Below are positions 1 to 10,199 of a stretch of 53,077 nt of DNA, in pieces. Location of the stretch: NCBI GenBank assembly GCA_018398765.1, contig JAHBMJ010000239.1:1-53077 (forward strand), given 5' to 3'. Each line of letters opens with the position of its first letter. Position 1 is the stretch's first letter. Position numbers and translations under genes: made by a program. The stretch is from Chromera velia. Lineage: Eukaryota. Below the pieces are notes generated by a model. The model saw only the letters and a program-made list of their open reading frames with translations, searched no databases and had not been told where the DNA came from.

Positions 1-2017
1 GCAACCCTGCAGACAGGCGTCCATCCATCCATACAGGCAGAGACTTTTTCGGGCAGGAAGGCAGCCAAAGTAAGAGAGGAGACGGCTAAGGGGAAGCAGG
101 GACGGAGGTGTTCAATTGGATCGTCATTGTGGCCTAGCGCATGGGAAGGTATGGAGATCTTCCTCCTTCCCTCCCTCTTCCTTTCTTCCTTCCTTCCTTC
201 CTTCCTTCCTTCTCTCCTGTTTCTCTCCCTCGATCGCTCTCTGAAATGCCCCCTAAGAGGTGCTGTCTGCCTGTCTGCGTCTCTGCATGCTTGCCTCAGT
301 GCCGTCGTTCCTTCCTGCTTGCTCACTTGCCTGTAGACGACTGTCTGAGCACGTATGAGCGTTGGTTGGTTTTGATGCTCACAGTGCCCCCTGGATGACA
401 TATATCGTTTCTGTGGAATGAAGGGGGCTTGGGACTGGGTCACATCTTTTAGCTAGAGGGTGAGAGAGGGCAGGAAAGAAGAGAGCGAGAGAAAGAAGGA
501 GAAAGGCGGCCCGATCATACAAACACTTTTTCTTTCAACCCTCTCTTCGAGTCTTTTGACTTGACTCTGTTTGAACTCTGCATGTGCATGTGTCTACACG
601 CTGACCGAAGAGAATAAAGAGCGGAGGTACAGTGCCGACCCCCAGCATGACTCTCCACTCGATTCCCTGAGGGAGGGACCGGAGACAAAACGCCGCGACA
701 TACCCCGCGAGGATGCCAACGTTGATGAAGAACTCACCCAAAGACGAGAGAGCACCCCTGTGCTTTGCAGGGGTCACCTCGGCAACGTACCTGCAGTCAG
801 TCAGCGTTCGAAGGTACAGAGAGGGGAGAGAGAAGCAGGGACAAGGAAATAGAGTGCGAGCTAGGGGATGGGACCCGATTCATTGAATGAATACCAGCAA
901 GGCAAGGACGGTGATTTATTTATTTGTTTGTCCAAGAAAGGAGACATGATGCAAGAGGCGGATCGATGCTTGCGAGTGGAGAAAGACGACAAGATGGTGA
1001 AGGGAGGAGGGGAGAGAAACCGCGGCAGAGGCAGAGAGAGGGATGTGCACCCTAGACCAGCTGTTGGAAAGAGCAGAGCGAGGTCCCACAAAGAGTGTCA
1101 GAAGGGCATCAAACAGACATGCAACAATCGATTGACTGAAGAGACAGGCTAACATGAGAGAAGATAGAGGCAATTAAGGGATCGAGGAGGGCAATGATCA
1201 ATCAGAGAGAGGCAGAGAGAGGCAGAGAGAGACTCACATTGGAGGTACGGTCAGGCCTGCACCGACACCGAATCCCATCACGATTCTACCCGCGACGAAG
1301 AATGAATAATTCCAGGCACCAGCAAGCATCGCGGCACCTGCGAGAAAGAAGAGCGCTGCAATTCCGATCACTGCTTTCCGCCCGAGGCCATCTGATAGCC
1401 GCCCTGCCAGCAGTGCGCCTACTGTCGCGACGAAGTTCAGAATTCCGACCGCGACTTCCACCTCTGAGTCGTTCAGATCGAAATCTTTCCTCACAAACAG
1501 CATCGCACCTGCATACATGCATATATGCATGCACACATGCTGCCTACAAAAATCAGATAGCAGACAGAAAAAGTCAAGAGGGGGGAAGTTGTTGAAGAAC
1601 TGCAAGTGTCAAGTGGATTTATGTACGTGCACTTACGTGCTCATCTACATATATATATATATATATATATGCAAAGCTGTGAGGAAACGCCGAAATGGCA
1701 TTGTGCGAGAGAGAAAAGAAGAAGACTTGCGTATCGCTCCACACGTGTCACATGATCTGTGTGAAATGAACTTCTTCGTCGATTATTGGCACCTTGTTCG
1801 TTGGACCATCGCTAAACTGCTTTTCCGGGACACCTCTGTGCCATGTTGAAACCCATGAGGCGTAAAATGCGGACTAAGAACGAATAGTGTGCCTCAGGGC
1901 ATGCCGTCCAGACTTTATCGACCCACCTGACATGATGCCAATGTCGTAGCCCAAAAGGACCGACGACATACAGACGATGGTGATTGCGAGAATCACAGAG
2001 CAATTTAGGGTGTGCAT
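1..2017 (-). CDS. MFS sugar porter family transporter (polyol/monosaccharide transporter-like), 5' portion; runs off the window start
   Basis: Exons 2017-1927, 1508-1238, 790-606 and 6-<1 join in frame at GT-AG sites. Translation: MHTLNCSVILAITIVCMSSVLLGYDIGIMSG-AMLFV...GRLSDGLGRK...GRIVMGFGVG...PMYVAEVTPAKHRG...EWRVMLG. These are the sugar porter motifs GYD, D-x-x-GRK and Y-x-x-E-x-x-P-x-x-x-RG. Confidence 0.92.
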
Positions 2018-4223
2018 CTTTTTTCCTCGGTTAGCGTTTGTCTCCCTGTTCCTTTCCGTGTATATACCAGAGCTTCCTCGCCTGCCGACAGGTGGAGCCC
2101 CAGAAGACAGGGTTCGCACACCTCTTCAAACGAAAGCACGCAGAGGCTTTGCCGTCCCCGTGGAGCTACAGTCCTTCCGGCCAGTGTCTATACCAGACAA
2201 AAGTCGATCAGATGACGAAAAGGGCGCTGGTCAAAGGACAAACGTTCGGTCGTCTCTTTGAGTGAATCGCCCAGTTGAACCCTTGCGCCAGACCGGCAGG
2301 AAGAACAAACCGAATTTGCAGTTACAGACGCACGTATACAAGTGTGTGTAGGCCTCAAGACAATGAAACGGAAGAATGCAGTGGCTAGAGAGAGCATACA
2401 GTCGTGACTCACGAAAGGTCAGTCACTTGCATGCAGATTCAACTTTTTTTTTTTCATTTTTTTTTCTAAATTGAACTTTAATTTTTTTTCGCGGGACCTC
2501 GTTCCATGAATGCAGCCGGGTCGCCGGGCCGGTCGGGCGACCGTGAGACGGGCGGCGAGGGGCTGCATGCATGGCGATTTGCATTGTCTCATCGTACAAT
2601 GGCACGTCATCTACCTGTTGGTTAGGCACATAAAAAGTGAGTAAAATGTAATATACCAAGACCAACTCAATTTGGCACGATTACGATTGCGATTGCAAAA
2701 TGTGAAAAATATTTTTATCGCGCAAACAGTCTTTTGAGACTTGCAACATGTTTTTAATAATATTCGTGAAGTCTGTGCAAATTTTTAAGTTTGTACGCGC
2801 GACCGATTATGTTTGCCAAAAATATGAAAATTTAAAGTCGGGCGGCCCCGGAAACCAAAAAAATTGAGTCCCGACTTTGAATTTTCATATTTTTTGCAAA
2901 CATAATTGGTCGCACGTATGAATTTGAAAATTTGCACAGACTTCACGAATATTATNGCCGAAATGGCATTGTGCGAGAGAGAAAAGAAGAAGACTTGCGT
3001 ATCGCTCCACACGTGTCACATGATCTGTGTGAAATGAACTTCTTCGTCGATTATTGGCACCTTGTTCGTTGGACCATCGCTAAACTGCTTTTCCGGGACA
3101 CCTCTGTGCCATGTTGAAACCCATGAGGCGTAAAATGCGGACTAAGAACGAATAGTGTGCCTCAGGGCATGCCGTCCAGACTTTATCGACCCACCTGACA
3201 TGATGCCAATGTCGTAGCCCAAAAGGACCGACGACATACAGACGATGGTGATTGCGAGAATCACAGAGCAATTTAGGGTGTGCATCTTTTTTCCTCGGTT
3301 AGCGTTTGTCTCCCTGTTCCTTTCCGTGTATATACCAGAGCTTCCTCGCCTGCCGACAGGTGGAGCCCCAGAAGACAGGGTTCGCACACCTCTTCAAACG
3401 AAAGCACGCAGAGGCTTTGCCGTCCCCGTGGAGCTACAGTCCTTCCGGCCAGTGTCTATACCAGACAAAAGTCGATCAGATGACGAAAAGGGCGCTGGTC
3501 AAAGGACAAACGTTCGGTCGTCTCTTTGAGTGAATCGCCCAGTTGAACCCTTGCGCCAGACCGGCAGGAAGAACAAACCGAATTTGCAGTTACAGACGCA
3601 CGTATACAAGTGTGTGTAGGCCTCAAGACAATGAAACGGAAGAATGCAGTGGCTAGAGAGAGCATACAGTCGTGACTCACGAAAGGTCAGTCACTTGCAT
3701 GCAGATTCAACTTTTTTTTTTTCATTTTTTTTTCTAAATTGAACTTTAATTTTTTTTCGCGGGACCTCGTTCCATGAATGCAGCCGGGTCGCCGGGCCGG
3801 TCGGGCGACCGTGAGACGGGCGGCGAGGGGCTGCATGCATGGCGATTTGCATTGTCTCATCGTACAATGGCACGTCATCTACCTGTTGGTTAGGCACATA
3901 AAAAGTGAGTAAAATGTAATATACCAAGACCAACTCAATTTGGCACGATTACGATTGCGATTGCAAAATGTGAAAAATATTTTTATCGCGCAAACAGTCT
4001 TTTGAGACTTGCAACATGTTTTTAATAATATTCGTGAAGTCTGTGCAAATTTTTAAGTTTGTACGCGCGACCGATTATGTTTGCCAAAAATATGAAAATT
4101 TAAAGTCGGGCGGCCCCGGAAACCAAAAAAATTGAGTCCCGACTTTGAATTTTCATATTTTTTGCAAACATAATTGGTCGCACGTATGAATTTGAAAATT
4201 TGCACAGACTTCACGAATATTAT
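1689..4223. other. Exact 1267-bp tandem duplication (1689-2955 = 2957-4223) separated by a single N; probable unmerged contig overlap
   Basis: Identical ORFs recur at offset 1268. The junction is the lone N at 2956, and the first copy breaks off inside a long hairpin. Confidence 0.85.
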
Positions 4224-4337
4224 CAAAAACATGTTACAAGTCTCAAAAAACTGTTTGCACGATAAAAATATTTTTTACACTTGCAATCACAATCATAATT
4301 GGCTGTATGGGTTTGCCAAATTGAGTTGGTCTTGGTA
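3922..4337. mobile_element. Foldback MITE with TA target duplication, IS630/Tc1/mariner-like; truncated duplicate at 2654-2955
   Basis: TA|TACCAAGACCAACTCAATTTGGCA ... TGCCAAATTGAGTTGGTCTTGGTA|TA. Imperfect inverted arms of about 190-200 bp (3922-4110 and 4138-4337) surround a loop of about 27 bp. Confidence 0.85.
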
Positions 4338-5273
4338 TAGAGATTCAATATTGAATTTTTTTAAAGTGATACTAATTTAAATACATTCGGTTCAGTCTAG
4401 GAGTTTTGTTTGAATATTGAAATTAATTTTTCCCTTTATATGAATTATGTTTTCTTTACTTTCGTTTTACTGGAGGACGTGAAGTTTGATCTTCAAAAGG
4501 GAACATTGGCCATCTCATGGAGGGTTGATCAGGAAAGACCCGGCAATTATACCAGTAATAGGGCCGGTATCGGAAACTCAGTCGCTTTTCCTGACCGGGA
4601 AGCAATGACTGCCCGAGGCATCTTCTACAAAGAATGAAGGATGGATAAGCTTTTATAGTAGGTTACACATCTTTAAATACTTAACTTATAACATCGTGTA
4701 ACTGTTATTAGTTTAAGCTTCTACCTCATTATGATTCAATTAATCATTCATAAAAAAATGTGTAAAAATTAATATTTAAAAAATAAATATAAAAATTAAA
4801 TTAATACCTAGTATAAATCAATATTTTTATCAATCTTTACACACTTTTTACTCGTATATGCACGCTTTTATAGGGTAGTGTAGCACCATGGCACTTACAA
4901 TCAACATGACGTTCGATTAAATTTAACGAGAAATTCATGATTTTGCTTTTACAGTCATGGACGACTGAACCGTAAAAGACTGATCGAGTTGAACCTAGAG
5001 TGTTACAATGTAGCCAGATGTGTTGCAGTGTTGCGTAGAGAAATGGAAGGACCAAAGTAAGGCGGACGTGCTAGGAACAGATCTCAAAATACATTCCCCA
5101 GTTTTCACTATTGTCTCTTCTCTTCTGAGACTCTTCATCTCCCTTTTCTACAGAATCCCTTTTGTACAGATCTCAATCCTTTTCAACCGGGATTCCTCAT
5201 CTGCTTCTCGCCACATTCTGGATCAACTAGGATCAACGAACCCAAATTCCGCACCCCTCCCTATTGTCGGTTT

Positions 5274-6180
5274 TCATCTCGCGTGAGAGGAAGACCTGCA
5301 CATGCAGTTGAAAATTAAAAAAGAAACGGATAACTTCAGGGGAAAAATGAGCGGTTTCATGAATCCACAAGGGCTGCAGGGCAGAGAAAAAAATTGAATC
5401 AAAAACGTACAGCCGAGCACGCATCGTTATGCGCAAATGAGCACAGTGCAATTAAAGAGGGAAATGACTGACTTGGCGGCTTTGGGGTCTTCTTTCCGGA
5501 CTTTCCTGCCGGCCTTGCGGGCTTCCTGGGTCTCCTTCTCCTTCTTGAGGGGCTCTACAGTCAAGACATAGCCAAAGAGGGGCACAAGGGAAGCAAGAGA
5601 AGTAATACAGTGAGCACCTGAGAATTGAGTGAAGCGGCAAGGGGCAATCAAGGGGCGACCAAGGGGCGGCAGTAACACAAGAGCGGCAGAGAGAATTCTT
5701 TCCATGGTTCATGCATGGAGACGTTCAAGGAATCGAGCTTATGTCAGAGTGTGAGTGACTGCCTCGAATCTCATCCTGAAGGCACTGCAAGGACGCAGCC
5801 ACAAGAGGTACGTCGAGTCAGACAAAGATGCTGTCCACCCAGACTCACTGAAGATCGATCTCATGATTGAATGAAGCAGTGAGCGCCCACCCACCCGCAC
5901 AGACTCACAGAACGATCGACCCTCTTTTCTCAAAGAAGATCGATCAAAGCAGTGAACGGACGCGTGTCCGAGCGACTCACAGAACAGGGTCAATCAAAAG
6001 ACCATCATTTCAGTGAACGAGTACACATCACATCCGGTTGCCTGAACGGCGTCTCTCTTTGTCCGTGGTCTGCATGCACTTGCACTCTGTAACTACTCGG
6101 GAGCGGCCAGACGGGTCTGTGTGCTCAACCGAGAGTCTACAGGGCGGTTGGGTGCGTGGAAGGAAAAACGTCCGCAGACG

Positions 6181-6217
<37 letters not shown>

Positions 6218-6575
6218 CCCACCACCAATCAGGAGAGTTCAACGCTTTCCTCCCACCTTGTCTGGAAGGAGGAATCAGAGCCGCTGAGTTCTTCTCGACG
6301 GTTCTGATTCACTTCCAGACTCGGAGGGGCGGAACGGTTTGCTGACGATATCAGGCCGTTGCGAGGGCCGAGGCGAAAGTTCTGAAGGCACTACAAAGCT
6401 TCAGCAAGCAACAGTCGACCTCTGACAAGCTGTGACAACTGAATCACTTCAGTGAGACACCTTAATTTCTCCGTGCTGCCAGCTGACCTCTCCCTTCCTC
6501 CCTGTGCTTCTTCTCATGCAGGAGGCGCCTCTTGTTCTTGGTGCAAGCGCCTGCCCCCTCAAACGCGACCACTTT

Positions 6576-6613
<38 letters not shown>

Positions 6614-7768
6614 GAATGATCGGAGGGGGAATCGAGAAGGAAGGCAGGAAGGAAGAAGTCATTGAGTAAAACAGACAGGCGAGCGCGAAACGCTGTGTTC
6701 GAATCCCCTCTCGATCGCATGAAGTGAAGAAGCTAATCTTCCACAAACAACACAAACCTGCCCCACTGCTTGCCTGACGGTGTCTGTCTTTCTGAGCCGC
6801 CTCGTCCGATCGACTATCGCCTGACATGTTTCTCTCCCCCTTTGTCTGTCTGTCTGTCTGTCTGTCTCTCTCCCTCCCTCCCTCCCTCCCTCCCTCCTTC
6901 CTTCTCTCTCTCTCTCTCTCTCTATTTCTCTCTTTCTCTTTCTCTCTCTGTGCATACATCCCGACCCACCGACTGACCTTCAGAATTCCCTTCGAGGGCG
7001 ACACGACTCCTCCTGGTTGGGCGCCTTTCCTCTTGTTCCGAAGTCTGCAGTGCCTCTCTGACCCGTCTTCCAGCCTCTTCCTCTGACAGACTGTCGGCTC
7101 GTCTTCTGATGATGCCCCGTCTCCCCAGGAGACCCGCTTCCCCCTTGACAGGCCTGCACGCACGCACCGTCATGCAGCGCCACGCAGATGCAGTCACGAG
7201 GAGTGTAGAGAGAGAGACGTTCATTTGAGCAGGCAGGCAGGCAGTGCCAGGGACTGCTAGGCAGGGATCGGGGTAGATCGGGCGGGGCTCGTATGCATGA
7301 CAGAAGGGAACCACAAAGAGACAGAATGTGTGTTGTCTGCCCCTCTTCTTTTCTTTCTGTCAGCTGAGAAAGCAACGGAATAGTGCGAGGGAGTGTGCGG
7401 GCAGAGGACTGGATGTGTCCAGGAGTCACTGCGAACTTTTGTGTGCTGATGGGTCGCTTGCTGTGCATGGATGGTGGTCAGGGGGAAAGACGGTGAGGAA
7501 GAGACATCAAATTACTGGCATGTCGAGGCTCTGCAGTCTGAGCACTGCGAATGGGGACCACTGTACTGATCGAGTGATCGATCGACAGACCTGTCTTTGC
7601 TTTGCGGGAGTTGACCGCCTTCCGCTCTCCCTCTGGTTCACGAACGTATTTCTCAGCACCACCTGCTCAGAGTTCTGAGCATTGGAGCCCCTCGGAACAG
7701 CTTCAGCCACTGCAGGGAGGCATCCACACACGTGCATCGATCAAATACACAATTGTGTGAAGGAGAAG

Positions 7769-7819
<51 letters not shown>

Positions 7820-7821
7820 AC

Positions 7822-7854
<33 letters not shown>

Positions 7855-8324
7855 TGGCAGAGTGGCCAACAAGGCAGACATTGGAGACAGGCAGGTGAGC
7901 AATAGCAAGTGTGTGTTTTAGAAAGAAGACCTCCGTCTCAGGTGCGCATGTGCGTGCTTACCTGTGCGTGCGAGCGCGAGAGACAGTGAGAGAGTGTGAA
8001 AAGGGGGAGAGATCCATGTCAGCCAGAGGAAAGGTAGAGAGGCAGGCAAATCAGACACGAGGGGAAAGAGACAGGCACGAAGCTTCCCCTTCTGTTTTTG
8101 CCTCGACAGACCTGCCCAGCTCTTCGTCGGTTTGTTTCTCTTCGAGGAGGACGCGAAGAGCCGCTGTTCGTAAGCCTTCAGCTGTCCCATGAAGGAGGGA
8201 CGGATGCGCATCTTCTCCTTGACCCCCTGTTTGGACTCCATCCACTGGAGGGCCTTCTGCAAACTCCAGTTGTTCCTGCACGTACATTCATACACGAAGA
8301 AGAAAGGGAGGTAGAGGGGGGAAG

Positions 8325-8383
<59 letters not shown>

Positions 8384-9129
8384 AGACAGTGGACATTGAC
8401 ATCTTTGCAAACCCGTGCACCCTTCGTTTACCCCCCCTCTCTCAGTCTCGTTCGTGCCATCAGTACACATCTCTTCGCAGTCTGCCGTCTACCTTCCCAA
8501 CTGTCAGTTGGCAACTCAGACAATCAACACCCCAATACTGGTACCCCAACTTACATTTTCATGAGAGCTGCCGCCGCCACGCACATGCTCCTCGATTCCC
8601 CCTTTCTCGACAGGATGATCGCCTGTTTGCCTGCCTTCTCTGCCCTCCGAATGTACTTCACGATCTCCCCGATGTTCTTGTTCTGGTCGTCCAAGATGAT
8701 CTGCATTCGGACACGTGCATGGGGTGGATGGACGCAAAGACGATACAGAAGGGAAAAGATTCCATCCGATTCCGTGCACATCTCTCAGAACACAACCCAG
8801 CCATCTGTTGTGCAGAAAGCAGATTTACCCGCGTCACAACATCCCCCCGTGCATTCATGGCCTCCCTACTCTACGTACCTGGTCATCGGAGTCTTCCCAT
8901 TTGAAATTCAGAATGTGGAGCTCTTCAAAGTCCTGTTTGAGGACCTCCACATCGCCGTCTGCGCAATTGACCACGTAGGTGATCTGTGGTAATCTCGCAT
9001 CATGAAGTCGAATCCACAGATCTGGTTCCCCACGAAAAGCCCGTCCTTGATCGTCACGTACTGCTCTTCTTCTTCTTCATCATTTGCTGCCCCGCCTGCC
9101 GCTGCATCAAGTGGAACGTCGTCGCTCAT
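5274..9129 (-). CDS. Dual-specificity phosphatase-like protein, predicted pseudophosphatase (catalytic Cys replaced by Ser); apparent frameshift in exon 1; 3' exons uncertain
   Basis: Exons 9129-8879 (frameshift near 8985), 8700-8555, 8275-8112, 7709-7591, a possible micro-exon near 7430-7460, 7153-6978 and 6575-6488. Further exons are uncertain (about 5556-7473 region excluded; candidates near 5556-5473 and a terminal exon ending in TGA at 5274). Motifs: IKDGLFVG, ITYVVNCA, ILSRKGESRS (for HCxxGxSRS), WSLQKAL, IRPSFMGQLKAYE, VLRNTFVN. Confidence 0.8.
7767..7852 (+). repeat. (GAAA)n microsatellite in an intron of the pseudo-DUSP
   Basis: Direct observation of the tetranucleotide run. Confidence 0.95.
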
Positions 9130-9465
9130 GTTGCTACTACTATAGTGAGGGGCTGACTCTGCAGGCCTCGGACTGAGAATGGTTGGGCTGCAAGAAACTT
9201 ACTTTGATTATAGCAGAAGAGCGCGAAAAGGATCAAGGAGCCCGCGCTGAAGAAGAGGCGTTCTGTGAGGTGCTAAGCGAGTTATAGAACAGAACAAAAA
9301 GAGGCGCACAATGAGCGAACTTGATGATCTTCATTGCGTGCAAGGTTAATTGGGTCTCTTTAGGGGTACTGTTGCTTGGCTCTTTCTGCATGATGGCCCC
9401 GGAAAGTTGCGTGACCACGCAAATCAGGGCATGACTTTTAAGTGACTTAAAAGTTTTAGACTACT

Positions 9466-9547
9466 TCGCCTCGGGGGGCAGCTCAGCTCTGCTGAGATCA
9501 GCCGAGAGGCCCTGAGATCGCACGCACTCGCATAACGCATTTTTTCA
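9466..9547 (-). repeat. Dispersed ~80-bp GC-rich repeat, copy 1; further copies at 13073-13155 (+) and about 14029-14437 (+, split by a solo LTR)
   Basis: TCGCCTCGGGGGGCAGCTCAGCTCTGCTGAGATCAGCCGAGAGGCCCTGAGATCGCA closely matches the reverse complement of 13099-13155 and of 14029-14059 joined to 14414-14437. Confidence 0.8.
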
Positions 9548-10199
9548 CGGGATACACCGGCCCAACCATCGCTTGCGCTCTGCCTATGTTGCATCCATGT
9601 TTTTTTTTTTTTTTTTTTTTTNNNNNNNNNNNNNNNNNNNNNNNNNNNNNNNNNNNNNNNNNNNNNNNNNNNNNNNNNNNNNNNNNNNNNNNNNNNNNNN
9701 NNNNNNNNNNNNNNNNNNNNNNNNNNNNNNNNNNNNNNNNNNNNNNNNNNNNNNNNNNNNNNNNNNNNNNNNNNNNNNNNNNNNNNNNNNNNNNNNNNNN
9801 NNNNNNNNNNNNNNNNNNNNNNNNNNNNNNNNNNNNNNNNNNNNNNNNNNNNNNNNNNNNNNNNNNNNNNNNNNNNNTTTTTTTTTTTTTTTTTTTTTTG
9901 TGGTTTCTTTCATGTCGCACTTTTCGGTAGTTTCCTTCTGAAGTGTGCATACACGACCCGTCGTATCTCTGGATGGGATTTTTCTTCTCCGGGTTTCTTT
10001 AAGTAACAGAAGAGCATCGCCTTTCAGTATTATGTCTAGCCTCGGTTCTTCTGGGTCTTCGCTTCCCTTGCTTAAGTACGCTTGCCTCTCTAGGCCTGGC
10101 GTTAGTCAATTAGCAATCAATCAAAGTTCCGTCGGGATGACCCGGCCTCCGTGTCATATGCCTTTGGTCGGTGCCTAGGTTTCTAACCCTATGGTGTAC

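Noticed and set aside
1689..4223. Apparent tandem duplication of the sugar-transporter promoter and first exon
   Set aside because: The copies look identical, abut a single N and break inside a hairpin. This is typical of an unmerged scaffold overlap, and real repeats in this window are visibly diverged.
4410..4637. 75-aa ORF in AT-rich DNA next to the MITE
   Set aside because: Non-ATG start, no recognisable family and no splice support.
9470..9525. Possible hammerhead ribozyme in the structured repeat
   Set aside because: It lacks the CUGANGA...GAAA core in the right arrangement on either strand.
9498..9950. ORFs spanning poly-X
   Set aside because: Artefacts of the N gap at 9622-9877.
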